Source: the human T2T-CHM13v2.0 reference genome, Homo sapiens. From it: 64,000 nucleotides of DNA. Of this stretch, positions 26,541 to 41,654 are shown piece after piece (positions within the stretch are counted from its first letter, which is position 1; the number at the start of each line of letters is the position of its first letter). Both the position numbers and the translations under genes were made by a program. The stretch lies in the NCBI RefSeq assembly GCF_009914755.1, contig NC_060927.1. One strand, given 5' to 3'. Under the pieces are notes generated by a model. It had not been told where the DNA came from and made no database searches. It saw only the letters and a program-made list of their open reading frames with translations.

Positions 26541-29311
26541 TTAATAGTGAAAAGTGACATAATTTATGATTACCATGATACATTATATATTCTATCATCT
26601 ACATATGATTAGTAAATTTAGTCATTAGAGTATTTATGTTAATATTCTAGCAGTTATCATTAAAAGCTAATCTCACTGACAATAATGATAACATTAGCTA
26701 ATGCCTAGGAGGCATTTTCATGAGGCCCCTCAGCATTTTTGAGACAGGGTGAGTTCTTGTTCTCCATTTTAGAAGGCCCAGAGCCACATGGCTTTTAAGC
26801 AGCAAAGCCAAGACATCACGCTCAGAAGGAGGAAAGCAGGAAATATCTGAACAGCATAAATAGCAACCAAAGCAGTGGAGAGAATGTGGTATGAAGCAAA
26901 AAAAGGGTGAATGTACTAAAATTATGACATGTATCTTATCCTTTCTGACATATATAGATAGATATTTATATACAAGGTAGGTATTATTTAGAAGTAAAAA
27001 CTTCGAATCTCTGAGACGTCTCCTAGTTATAATGATAGAAGTGTCACTTATACATGTAAGGCGTTTATTATGTACATTTATATATTATTACACTTACATG
27101 TGTGTGTGTTGTGTGCTATTCTGCATCCAGTCTAAAGTGCTCCAAACAAAATGTCATCAAATGGAAAATCCTTCAAAATGCCAAGTGTAAATAACACCTT
27201 CCCTCTATGTATTCTTATGTTGTAATGTTTCAACTTCAGCCAAATATTTAATACTGAAATAGTTTTAACAAATTTGCTCTTCAAAAGAATGAAAACATGT
27301 ATCCTATCCTCAGACATTCAGAAACATCTTTTATGCCCACAAATGCTGAAGGAAAGAAAGGTTCACTACTGAGGTTCCATTGTAACACCTCCCACTAAGG
27401 TGTGTGTTGAATTTAGGAACATACTTTCACATTTAAGCCAAGTTGGGACTTCACATCATTGAGTTTTAGGAAGAGCATAAATGATTCTGAAATGGGCGGT
27501 AACACCAAACTCTGTGCAAATTTACCTTGGCCAGAGCAAGTGATTGTTTCTCTGTTGGGACTTGTTACAGCCTCTTCCAACTTGGAAGCATTTTCATACT
27601 AAGGAACACGGAGCTGGAAAAAGAACTGAGCTCCATGAGTAAAGAAGACAATCACTATAAAAACTAAGCTGGAAGCAAGAATTGCCATGATGTTAAAAAA
27701 ATTAGAGTCAACCTACATATACTTATTGCTCACTTTTTTTTTTCTTAAAGGCAGAGCAACAATCATCCCTTTGCTAGTATACATCATGGCTCCTGAAAAA
27801 TATCACAGCACTTATAGCAGTGAACATTTTGGTATGGAAAATCTGTTTCATCCTGCGAATTTTCTATTTCTGTGTGGGTTTGTGTGTGGGTGTGTATAAA
27901 TCAATTTACTGTGTAAGCATTGAGTCAACAATATTCTATTGTATTACTCTTGAGGCAGTGGTTTCTTTGTTCATAGTCCTACAATTTTATGAGAGAAATC
28001 ATAACTTAACTGCTCAAAGAGTAACAATTGGTAATGGGAAGTTCCCACCGTTTTCACATCTGTAAGATGAAGAGGTGGAACTCACTGATCCATTTGCAAC
28101 TCTGACATTCTGTGATTTTTATGATGCCATTTTGTTAGTTCATATTATGCAATACTGGGACCCAATAAAACACCCACAAACTAAGGGGCTATTGTTTCTG
28201 AGCAGCCTGATATCCTATCAGCAAACCTGGTCACTAGGCATTTACCCATTTAAACAGTAAACATTTGCAGTGCATTCTAAGAGGGAGATACAGAGAGTAT
28301 TTTGCATCACATTTAGCCTTCCAAACAGAATATCTTGGATTGCAAACAAAAAATCATGCCCCTAGCTTTAACAATTACCAATTTTATAGGGAGGGGGAAA
28401 ATGTGCTGATAGCATCCTATCTAGCTGAAACACAAGAAATACCCAAAAATGAGAGCACTCATCTAAAAGGAAATACTGTCTGAGCCAAAGGGGGATGAAT
28501 ATGTCTAGAAACTACAACCTTCTGATGATGGATAAACCAAATGCATCAAGCAGAGCTTGCCACTCTACAGCATTTCAAATGCAAGCAAGTTTGCGCAAAG
28601 ACAAGTAAGGATGTTTTCAGGCCAAATATATTGCCCGACTCCTTTATAAACCATACGAATAGCAGAATTTGAGTCTTTTAAGAAGCAGTCACCATCAACC
28701 AAAGTGGTCTCAATTTCTACTGTAGTTTTAGAAGTGGAGCGTGAGGAAAGACACTTCTTCCCTCCGAGATTCTTCTTGCCAGGCACTTTAGATCCTGCCA
28801 GGAAGGACATAAATGACCAGAAACATGAACAACCACCTCCACTTCATCCCTAGGCATTCCCTATGAGGCACAGGTTTTGCTGCATAAAATATGTTCGTGT
28901 CCATTTACATTAAGCTTGAATTCCTTGGCCTCTTATGACATCATTGAGACTGGTCATTGGAAATGTTTCAATGAGACTGACTGTTCATACCTCTCATAAA
29001 GTGCTCTGTTTATCATCTTAGGGAATCTGCTTGTTTGTATCACAGGTCCACTCCAGTCTGTTGGAAGCAGCTTCATAGAGCCTAATGTTAGGAAGGATCC
29101 TAAGGCCACATCCAGACTTGGTGAAAAGATGGGCAGGATGAAGCAGTGAGGACTTCTAGACACACAAGTTTGGGGAGCCATGGCATGCCTATATTGGCCC
29201 CCTTGATCTAGAACACCCAACCCTGAATCTTCACAGGTACATGCATGGCTGGCTCTTCGTTCTTGGACTAGGCTTATGTATCCTCCAATCTTGAAAAATT
29301 GATTTAGTACC

Positions 29312-29741
29312 TGTAATGAGTTGAATGGTGGTCCCCAAATAGATGTGTCCATGTTCCAGAACCTGTGAATGTGATCTTGTTTGGATAAAGTGTCTTTCAA
29401 AATGTGATTAAGAATCTCAAAATTAGATCATCCTGGATTATCTGGGTAAGCCCTAAATCCAAAGATGAGTGTCCTTATAAAAGACACACACAGCAGAGAA
29501 GAGTAGAAGGCCACGTGAGGACAAGAGAAGAGACTAGAGCTATGCAGCCCAAGTGAAGGAGCCTCCTGAAGCTGAAAGAGACCAGGAGGATTCTCCCTTA
29601 GAGCCTCTGTGGGGTGTGCAGATTTTGCAACACCTTGATTTCTGATTTCTGGTTTCCAGAACTGTCAGACAATAAACTTCTGTTGTTTTAAGCCACCAAG
29701 TTTGTGGTAATTTGTTATGGCTGTCCTAGAAAACTTATACA
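29312..29741 (+). mobile_element. MLT1C-like MaLR solo LTR
   Basis: TGTAATGAGTTGAATGGTGGTCCCC...AATAAACTTCTGTTGTTTTAAGCCACC...ATACA; 5-bp TSD GTACC/GTATC. Confidence 0.85.
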
Positions 29742-30419
29742 GTATCCCCTTTCATCCATCCACTTACCACTACCAGCTAATGTTTATTATTTTTTATGGG
29801 GATTCAAAGACCAATGAAACACCGTCCCTGCATTTCAGAGGCTCTTGTTCTACAGGGAGTGATACGTAAACCAACAACTATGGGAGTGAAGCACAGAACT
29901 CTCCTGAAATAATGTTGAAAGCATCCTCAGAGGATGTAACATGACTGTGGTCCAAGAGTCTCCATCAATAGAGCCGGAGGGGAAGTACACGGGATCTCCA
30001 CAGTGGGCAGACAGGACACCGAGGGGCCATGTGCGAGTTGCCAGATCCTAAAACTGTGTCCACCATAGTTGGTGAGCTTGGATGGCATCTTTTCCTGTGG
30101 GAAAAACAGGGAATCTGTAGAAAGTGCTGTTCCTGGTGAAGTAAAGGATATGTGAAGGTTTCTTTTCCTACCTCAGTCCTGCTCAAGAACTCAGAGGTCT
30201 AAACTCCCTTTCATGAAAACACAGACTTTCTACTCCTGACCTTGCATCTTGCCTTTCCCCCTTGCCAGACACATTTGCCTGAAGTTTCCTTCCTCCAAAA
30301 CTCTTTGCTACATGGAATCCCAGCCTTCCCAAAAGTCTTTCCAGAGAACCAGCTCTACGAGCACTCTTATTGGGGAGAAAAAAAAAGGACTGAGGGGAGG
30401 CAGAAGACATTCCAAAGTA

Positions 30420-30580
30420 ACATAAATTTGGGAAATGCTCTTTCAGGAATTTGCAAAATGCTCTGAGAAGTCCAGTTTAACTTTGGTTAATCAGCATTTC
30501 CCAAACCTATTTCACTCTAACATTGTCTTTTTTGTAACATCTTATTAATATCCTGGGGAACATACTATAGAAAATGCTGC
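30420..30580. mobile_element. MER103C-like remnant
   Basis: TTTGGGAAATGC...CTCTGAGAAGTCC...CAGCATTTCCCAAAC. Confidence 0.5.
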
Positions 30581-33500
30581 ATTTGAATAACGTTATTTTT
30601 CAAATGTAAGTTTAATAGATTATATTCTATATTTGGTAGGCCCTCCAATATATACTGCTGGCTTAACTCACTGTTGGAACATTTTTCCCTCTCCTGCCAA
30701 AAACCCAACACCTTTATCAAAAAGCATATCCCTTTACCAATGCCCTCTGATGACCACTAAGCAAGCAAGAACCAAGCACCCCAGTCCAAGGCACAGTGGT
30801 AGACCCTGGGAACATGACATTTCCCAGGTGGCATCCTTGCCCTTGATAGCTTACGTGACTTCACTTTATACAGCGTGAGTTAATTCTACACTCAACAAAA
30901 CCACAAAATTAAAAGTATGTTAGAATAACCCTGCTGGGAAAAGATATTTCATTTTGATTGTTAACAATTCTAAGTATTGTTTGCACAAATGGGCAAAATA
31001 TCTTACAAAATTTGCCTTCCTCATATGGCAAATTTCATCATATTCATAAGCATCCCTACGAACATGAAAAAATGAATTTTCTGAAACATCTTTCCTCAGA
31101 AGATCAGGGATAGGGCATGCTCCCATGCCATTCCTTTCTGTATATTCCCTGTCACCACTAGTTAGTTGCATTAACATTATTAAGTTGCAATATATTACAC
31201 ACAGTACAGTAAAAGCTGTAAAAATAAGCTCTTGGTTATTTCATGACTACACATGCTATAAGAGTTATTCAGAAGACGGAATTACAAGGAAAGGGGCCTA
31301 AAAACTCCCTCTCTTACCTCTAACAGTTGTCCTCAACACAGAAATTCAGGGGATAATCAAATTAAGGAGGAAAAAAAATCATCCTCTGTTTTTCTCTTCA
31401 TACTACAGTTCTGAATGGAAAGTTATTTTCCAGGCAAAGATGAATGAAATCTGCTCTTTCTAATCTCTGTAAAGATTGTGAAAATAAAGATCCATTTCAT
31501 TGGATAGAGTGATGTCTTCTCTGAAAAGCAGCCATATTCTGACATAATCAGAGATGAGTGGGCAGGACCTGCACTCTGCGGACTGCAGGCTGGTGCGCCT
31601 CCAGCCTGCACCTCCGTAACTCATATCACACCTCAGGAAAACGGACATCACAAGAACTGTTTCTGTCACTGAGGAAGATAAGAGCATTTACAAGTTGGAC
31701 AATAACAACAATATTATAACACAGAAAGAGAGACTGTTTTCCTTCAAAGAGGAAACATCCACATACGTGCTTCACCTGTTCCTGTAACAGATGAGGAGTT
31801 TCATTCTAATTCCTCTTTAAAACAATGTAATAGTAACACAACCTACTGCTCTTTATTGAATGCCAGGCTAAGGGCATTACTGCTGGGGAGGTAGGGAGCA
31901 TCATTCCTCCAGTTTTTAGAGAAGGGAAGTGAGCCTCAGGAAAGTAAAGGACTTACCCATGGCCCCACATCCACCGAAAATCAACCGGGCCTCCCCAGCC
32001 AACAGAATAGCCCAGAAACTGAAGGACCTGAAAAATGTAAGTGGCAGACAAATGGAATCCAACAACTCGGGTTTCCTGATTTCTAAATCCAGGTCCGGAG
32101 TAGCCATTGTGGTTTTAGTGTCCCTATAATATAGAGGAAGTCATCCATTAAAGACGGAAATGTACTGAGTGGGAAACATTCCAGCAAGAGGAAATTGGGT
32201 CACTCAGAGCCTCAGAGGAGAATGTCAAGGGGTTTGTGCTCAGACCTGCTGAGCAGATGAAAGTGGCCTATACACAACTCAGCCAAAGAAACTTTGCAGC
32301 TTTTCCCTCATCCTCTGCAACCGGTGTTGGTGTTGGGAGCATAAAAATGGATTTTGATTGGGCTACCTTTGAGAATTAGACTTTAAATCCAGCAAGATGT
32401 GGTACTTTCAATAACAATTGTTACCAGATCTTGTCACCTGGATGTTCTTACGCTCATATTTTATTCATACGTTCACTGGCTAACTTTTCCCTCCCTTTGC
32501 TTCACTTATGACAGAGACTAAACACTGGAATCGCAAATCAAATGCAAATGGAGGTCAGGCGAGTGACACAAGCGCTCCCTCCAGCTGGGTGGGACGGGGT
32601 GGACTGGCAGCCACACCTCATCCCATCCCCAGGGGCAGCCAGCCACACCTTAGCTCCCACCCAAGACTGCCAGAGGAAGCCCAGGCAGTGCTAGGGACAG
32701 AGCTTCACATCACCCAAGAAAAACTAGAAACCTACATTATTACATGAAATGTCATGATTTTTTCATTCCTGGCAACTTATTTTGATATCTTTAAGAAAAA
32801 AACAAAACCAAAAACAAAGAACACGGGGTGAGAACAGAAAACTGAATCCTGGGGACTGGATTCACCCCACAGGTTTCCAGCCTAGAAAAACTCTACTAAA
32901 CACAGCAGAGTTCAGCAATGAGGAATATATTGAGATCATTCCATTTGAAAGACAGCCTAGAGAGCTTGTTAACAGTGTTCTGTTTTCCTAAGAAAAGGTT
33001 TACTTAGGAATATATAATTAGACAAAGAAGAAATATGCAATTCTGTGTCCTTTCTATTAATATTATGCTCTTCTAAACTACAAGCTAAACAAAAAGTTAA
33101 GTTGAATTTCTTCTTGAAGAAAGTGAAGGACTTAGCCTGCAACCCCAATTTCTTCTTCTTGAACCCACTGATGTTGATAAGTAGCTGGTATATTTTTGAA
33201 CTTTAATAGAAACCTTGTCAAAAAAAGATGTGCATTATTCACTAAAATGATACATTAATACTACTTGCAAAAATGTATTTGACAACTTTTTTTTTGTCAC
33301 CATTGACCAAGTTCCACGCTCTGTTGCTGAACTCTGAGGAAGCAAACAATGGTAAATGAGATAGTCCTATCTTTATCACTGGGTTAGCAGGAAGGACAAC
33401 TAAATAAACATCCCAATAAATGTTGGTTACCTGTTAAAATAGGGGAGGGAGAGAGTCCTAAGGGGATGCAGGATGAATTAGAGAGAGCTTCCTGGAGGAA

Positions 33501-33914
33501 GGGATATTGAAGATGAGACGAAAGAGAAAATGGTCAGGGAAGGGGAAAGGATAATTTGAGATGAGATGATCTCAAATTCAGATGCAGGAAATAGCACTAT
33601 GGCTTAGAGAATCTGAAGTGAGTTTGATATGCCTGCAGAATTCAATTGGCAGGGTGAAGTGGGGACAGTGGAGAGATGATACAGATGAACTGGGCCATGT
33701 TATGGATTCTGGGTTTTATCTTGATGGCAATAGGAAGTGGCATGATCAAATATGCCCGCGAGAAGAAGCACTCAGCAAGGATGTAATGGAGCCAAAAGTG
33801 TCACTCTGTGCAGAGACACAACCTTCCCTCCTCTCTAAGAGGGATGAATTCCCACTTGCTGAGCCAGCTCCCAAGCTCCCCTTTGTTGTGTAAGACCCAA
33901 ACTATGGACTAAGC

Positions 33915-34101
33915 TAGTGGTTCTCAACCAGGACAATCTTGACGCCCAGGGACATTTGGCAGTCTCTGTAGATATTTTTGGTGGTCACAATAGGGAGGCA
34001 GGAGAGTGAGAGTGGCATCTAGTGGGTAGAATCCAAGGAAGTCTCCACAACAAAGAATTATCCAGCCCAAAATTTCAATAATCCCATATTGAGAAAATCT
34101 G
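33915..34101 (+). mobile_element. MER20
   Basis: AGTGGTTCTCAACC...GGGACATTTGGCA...GGCATCTAGTGGGTAGA...AAAGAATTATCCAGCCCAAAAT. Confidence 0.85.
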
Positions 34102-34129
34102 AAATAATTTAACAAAAAAACTAGAAGTG

Positions 34130-34177
<48 letters not shown>
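34130..34177. repeat. (TATC)12 GATA-type tetranucleotide STR
   Basis: Perfect run followed by CATCC. Confidence 0.95.
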
Positions 34178-34485
34178 CATCCAAACTATTTTTTAAAGGG
34201 GCAGGAGGAGAGAAGGGGAGAGATTCCAAAAACCTACAAGACCTTGGTGTCAAGAGGAGTTTGCCAGGACTTAGAAGAGGTGAGAAGATACAGAATAGCT
34301 GAGTGTTAAAGAAGGAACCTGAGATAAAAAGAAGGAATAGTTGGTAGGAAGTTCAGCGGCACTGCTAGCCCAGTATCAATGCACTGTAAACAACCAGTGA
34401 ATATTTGTCAGGTGAATGAATTAATGAATGAACAAACAGATACATCAATGAACTGGATCTTCTTTAATGAGTCAAAGTAAAGAAC

Positions 34486-34938
34486 TGAGACCATCTTTGT
34501 CGCTATGACTTAAATGTTACTACAGACTGCTATGTCAACATCTTAGTTGTTTGTTCCAGCAAATCTTTGCCCAGAAAAAAAAAAATCATTATTTGCTCCA
34601 GGAAATTCCCATTGATAGACTTATTGGAGAAAATAATCTGCTCACTTTGGCAAACCATTGTCTTATCAATCACAGTTTATTCATCGCAACTCTCTTCAAG
34701 ACCCTCACTTTGCTGTGTACAACAACCCTACATTATCACATCACAGACTTTGAACAATTCCAATTAGTTCTGCCTGAAAGGCCCATCTTAAACCACTTGA
34801 GGCCAAACCCCAAAGACCTATAAACATTTCACCTCTAATTTTCCCTTCTTAGACACTGCTAAGACTTTGTTGAGGTGGCATGCTCCCTCATTGGAATAAG
34901 GTATAAATTTAGCTGATGATATTTTGGGGCATTCAACA
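34486..34938 (+). mobile_element. ERV1 solo LTR, MER67-like
   Basis: TG...CA termini, AGACACTGCTAAGACTTTGTTGAGGTGG 3' motif, 4-bp TSD GAAC/GAAT. Confidence 0.6.
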
Positions 34939-35119
34939 GAATGGAATTACTTTTTAATTACTTCAGTTATTGGGCTATGTGTCTTTGAATGCGACAGGAC
35001 TAGGACACATTCTAGATCCTGTATTTTTTTTTTTTTAAGTTACATTTTAGGGCCTGTCTGGGATTTTGAACCAAAGCTAAAGTACCCAGCTGTACCATGT
35101 CTTAAAATATCCCCAAAGA

Positions 35120-36230
<1,111 letters not shown>

Positions 36231-38049
36231 TAAATAGGCATTTAATATAACTTCTAGACTGGTAGTCTCATGAAGAAATCAGGGTCAATCAGACACAAGC
36301 TGTCCTTATTCTTAAAACACAACTTGAAAGTCAGAAAAATGGGTAGAGGATCTAAACTTGGCACATGATTTCAGAAAGAATGCACAATTCAGGACTTATG
36401 TTTCTGGTACAGAAAGAAACTTGTAAGGCATGATTTGAGTTCACTGAATAAGAGAAGTTTTTAAAATTCCTTTATGAAGATCCAAACTGTATACTAATGT
36501 TCACTATAATCTTGATAGGTGTCTAGTTTCTTAATAAAGTAGGATCCCTTTTGCACTGGGGGTGGGTGGGGATCCTTGAGAAGGGCCTGCCTGTTCGCTA
36601 GGCAGAAGGTTCAACAGGAAGAACCACAGTGAAGAGAGCCAAGCTCCGCCTGGCAGCACCTCCAGAGATACAATAGAATTACACTGGCCCCATGGAAAAA
36701 GGAAAATAGATAGAAGTTCACCTGTAAGCAGAATGATCCAGTTATGTATTAGAGCTCCCTTCGTGGAGGTCTGCAACTGGGAAGAAGGAACCAAAAGTAT
36801 TAATGTTTAACGAGGACACAACAATAAGTGTGTTTATTCTTCACTGTCCTGTTGTCCTAGTGTTGAAGGGGGAGGGGCCTTTAACTTGGGGTTGTCTTTA
36901 GGGCCTTTCTGGACTCTGGGGACAAAGAAAATAGAGGAAACATAAAAATAGCCCAGAGGTTAGGTACATGTTTTGTTTTCTGGTTTACTTATTTATTTTT
37001 TTAAATTTGTAATGTTGAAAAAATGGAGAGCAAGGCAGAGAGAAAAGCCACTTTGGTCAAAGACTAGCCATGAGGGAGTAACAGCAGCCCTGGGGTGTTC
37101 TTTGAAAATGGGACAAGTGTTGCTAGTGTTTATAAACTGGCTTATATTTATCAGCATTCTTGTGCTAGCAAGTCACTGGAAATATTTCCAGTTAGTTTAA
37201 GAAGAAAAGAGGATTTAGTGATTTATGTGATTCCTTGGGATAATGTTCTTTGGGATATAGAAGTAAAGATTACTTTTTAATTACTTTGGCTGCTGGAGGT
37301 GTTTCATTGACTGTGACCTAATCACCACGGTGAATCAATCAGAGGTGATCAGGTGTTAGGCCCAGCCAATCGCAGCCCTTCTTAGGACCACGTAATGCAT
37401 TCAATACGGAAACATGTTTTATTCTATTGGGGTTGCAAAGATGGGAGGATATGAACGAGGATATGATACTGGGTCTGCTGATGGCCCTGGCATCTTCCAA
37501 TATATAGCCCCCAAAAAGGAACAAAAGGCCAAGATATTGAAGGGGGAAATGAAAGAAATGCAATGATGGCAATGTTTGAGTCTCTGGATCCAGCTATGTC
37601 TAAAGTCAATGCTATCCTGAAATTTCCAATCACACAAATCATTAAATCCACTTTTTTTTTTTTTTTTGCTAATTTTAAAAGAGTTGCAGTTACTTGCTAG
37701 CATAAGAATGCTGACTAATGTAAACTGAAGCCCATTAAGCTTCCCATTCCTTCTTTAAAATGAACTATAAATCCTCAAACTAAACACAATAGTCTCTGAC
37801 TCAACCAAGGGGCTTTGGGTCCCAGTCTCAGTTTTCCCAGGCTGCACCCTTACTGACCTACTCTGGTCAAGCCACTCACCCAGTCTCTGCTTCAGTTTCC
37901 TCATCTGAAAAAATGATGGGCTCTCAAAGACCCTGTCCACCTCTGATACTCTGCTTTCACCCTAAAAATGTGCAGGCAACCACAAGAGCTAAAGCACTCG
38001 GAAACTATTCCCCATCACCAAAGCCACCCTTCTGATTTTTTCATTACAC

Positions 38050-41000
38050 CAAGACATTTTACCTAAATAAAATATAATAAAACAGGGAAAACTAAGTACC
38101 TATTTAAAAAGCCATTGACTGAATCTTCTCAATCTAACAAAGTAAGGGAAAAATGTGAGACATGACCCCATCCAAAGTAGAAAGCCTAAATAGTAACTGA
38201 TTCCTACTGTAATAGCAACTAGGTGAATTTTTTCAAACTTTCAAGAACAAATGTTTTCCATATAAGATATACTACTCAACAACAGAAAAAAATTGTTAAT
38301 TGATGCTGTCAAGAAATCTTACTATCCTGTAAATCAACACACAATCTAGCTATGTACATATATAAAATCCTCCTTATTAGTATGGATACAAAAGTCCTAA
38401 ATAAAACTAGCATATGGAATTTAAAATACTTAGAGACAACACCATAACAAAAAGGCTTTCACCTAGGGTCCTTTAGCCTAAGACACTTTATTAACAGAAA
38501 TACCACATCAATAAGCAAAGTAAGAAAAGCTAGTGAGCACTTTAATTGATATTAAAGTATTATTTAGTAAAATGCAACTTTCATTCCTATAAACATTTTT
38601 AAAGGGAAATGGAAGCTCTCTCAACATGAGGGAAAGTATTTCCACAGCAAAGAACCAATATGTCATTACTCAAGAAACTCCTTAGGCCATTCCCATAGAA
38701 AATATAAGCAAATATTTAATGTTTTGAAGTTTATCGCAGAACAACACACAAAAAATATTTTCAAAGTAGAAATAGTGACAACAAAGGGATAAAGATAATA
38801 TTATTTGCCTTAACATATAAAGAAAATTTAAATAACCAATAATTTTTTATAATCTTAGGAAAAAATAATGATCTGAATACAAATATATATACACATATCT
38901 ATTTCTTATACATATTTCAAAATGACATTACAAAAGATAAATCACTTAGGAATAAACTTAATAAGCATCATAAAAACACTGAAAACAGGAAAATAATTGA
39001 CAGTATATCATATTTACTTAAACTAATCAATTCTCCCTAAGTTAATTTATAGATTGAATGTACCCTATAGATGATTCTTTTTAAAAATAAAGAAAATGTT
39101 TCTAGAAATCAACTAGGGGGAAATCAGGTAAGCATGTCCAATACCATTCTGAAAAAGCAATTCTGGATTGAAAGGAGCAATCTCTTATCTATCCAGAACA
39201 TAAAGTAGGAGAGCCTGCTGTAGGATACAAGATTAATAATCAGGCTGACATACAGTCCCCAAACAGAGCCAATGATAGATGAGAAATAATATGAAGAATG
39301 AATCAAAAACAGTGAAGAAAGACCATTAAATAAATTATATTAAGATAAATTAAACAGAAAGAAATTAACTTAAATTCATGCTTTGTAACATCAAAATAGA
39401 CTCTTTTTTTAAACTTTCATTTTAGATTCGAGGATACATGTGCAGGTTTGTTATATAAGTAAACTTGTGTCACAGGGGTTTGTCATATAAATTATTTCAT
39501 CGCCCAGGTACTAAGCCTAGTACCTAATAGTTATTTTTTCTGCTCCTCTCTCCCTCCTTCCCCCTCCCACCTTCTACCTTCAGGTAGGCCCCAGCATCTG
39601 CGGTTCCCCTCTTTGTGTTCATGAGATCTCATCATTTAACTTGTAAGTGAGAACATGCGGTATTTGATTTTCTGTTCCTGCTTTAGTTTGCTAAAGATAA
39701 TGGCCTCCAGCTCCATCCATGTTCCACAAAAGACATAATCTCATTCTTTTTTATGGCTGCATAGTATTCCATGCTGTATATGTACCACATTTTCTTTATC
39801 CAATCTGTTACTGATGGGCATTTAGGTTGATTCCATGTCTTTGCTATTGTGAATAGTGCTGCAATGAACATTCACATGCATGAGTCTTAAAATAGACTCT
39901 TGACAGATCTAATCTATCAAGGAAGTTTTTTTCCAAATAAAGTTAAACTGGTTACACGAATTATAGTCCATGCACATAACAGAATATGATGCAGCAGTGA
40001 AAAGCCTGAGGTCAGCCATCTCTTGGGTAGAATGAATTCTTGGGTGTCCTGCTAAGTAAAGAATGTAAAGGTACACAACTGTGGCCATGGGACACTTCCA
40101 ACTGCAGTGTTGAAATTGCTTTGACTTTGTACATGTATTGTACTTCCAAAAAGAACAAATAAACTATAAAGAAACAAATGTTTAAAAACCAACAACAACA
40201 AACATCAAGGCGCAGAGAACAAGCTGAAATTAGAAGACAGGACTTATCTGATCCTTGGAAGAACTAAAAAAGTGATGACAGAAATGACTGACAAATTCAA
40301 CTGTATGTACAGCCAAAAACCTCATGACAACTCACAAAACCAAAATTTAGAAGACAAACAACAAAATGGGGGTAAATGTCTGCATTAACTAAGGAAGAGT
40401 TAATATTTCTAATATGAGATTACACTAGACAAGAATCCACCATATAGGCAAATCACGGCGAAAATATACACAGTAAACAAAGCATGGAAATATATTCAAC
40501 CCTGCAATATAATTAAAGTTGTAAAAAGGCAGGATAGTGTTATGCTGAACATTTTCACTTTAAAAGACCCAGTACTAGCAAGGCTATAGGAAATTTGGTA
40601 TCAGTCTTTTGCTGAGGTATTATAATAGGTACACGAGCACCTTTTAAAAAGCAATTTCAAAGTGCACAGAATATGCCATAAAAGTGGTTATACCCTTTGA
40701 CCCAGTAATCCAAATGTTCAAAGATATTCCCACTGCAATACTATCTATACAAGTGAAAAATTTTAGAAATAGCTGCAATGAACAAAAGTAGAAGTGTGGC
40801 AAGGGAAATCATGACACACAGTGTGATTAAGAATAAAATTAAGAGGCTTATAACTACATGGGCACAAGTTTAATGACAAAAAGTTAAATTTAAAAACTCA
40901 AAACCCTAAATTTTGGCTATATTATAAATGCAACTATATTTAATATAATGTACATACAACATAACAAAGTCCCAAAGGAACATGGAAAGAATTTTTTAAA

Positions 41001-41050
41001 TTCTGTCATAATGTTAAAATTATGATGGATTTAAGCATTGATATCATTAG
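38050..41050 (+). mobile_element. Highly degraded old L1 (L1ME-like) ORF2 to 3' region
   Basis: A-rich strand with L1 ORF2 relics (ATCAATTCTCCCTAAGTTAATTTATAGATT, CCCTTTGACCCAGTAATCC). Confidence 0.55.
39406..39888 (-). mobile_element. 5'-truncated L1PA (old L1PA10-16 range) inserted in L1M
   Basis: TACATGTGCAGGTTTGTTA, TTTTTATGGCTGCATAGTATTCCATG; perfect 13-bp TSD AAAATAGACTCTT at 39393-39405 and 39889-39901. Confidence 0.9.
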
Positions 41051-41654
41051 AGCATATTAACAATACATTACAAGGGGAATTATAAATTATTTTTGGAAAA
41101 TGGCCTGTAGGCAGGATTGAGACAGGTAAATATTTTTCAAAAATTTCCCCAGCATGATATGATACATCAATACTGGCTTATTTGATTCTACATATCTAAA
41201 TGGATAATCAAAGACTAATCTAGAATGAGAGCTAGAAGAAAAAGACTTTGACTGCATCTCATGTCTGCCAAGGTCACCTCTGGAGTCCAGAATACACATC
41301 TGCTCTTATTAGGGTCTCTACCTGTTCATATGGAATACTCCTAGTTCTTTTGATTGTTGGCCTGATCACTGTCTCCCAGATGTTTTCAAGGGGGTGGGGG
41401 TAGGGCCACCGAGGGACAGTGGCTCAAGGACTCTAAGTCTCTCTCCAATTGAGGGCACATGACCTCTACATTCCCATTATAGACCCCAGAAAGTTATGTG
41501 TGAAGGAATGTGTCCTGGTGTGTCCCTGAGGCTGTGTTCTATGAACTCAAATCCTGTGCTTCAGTCCCAGTGTCTTTAAGAGATTCACTTTCTAACAGCC
41601 AAGACCAATTCGTAGTTTAGACAAAAACAAGACAAGCAATCAGCTCAATAATGC

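Noticed and set aside
3683-34101. Oppositely oriented MER20 copies flanking the exon as back-splicing elements
   Set aside because: They are 30 kb apart and too diverged to form a stable duplex.
39683-39871. ORF MFIAALFTIAKTWNQPKCPS...
   Set aside because: C-terminal fragment of L1 ORF2 in a 5'-truncated dead copy.
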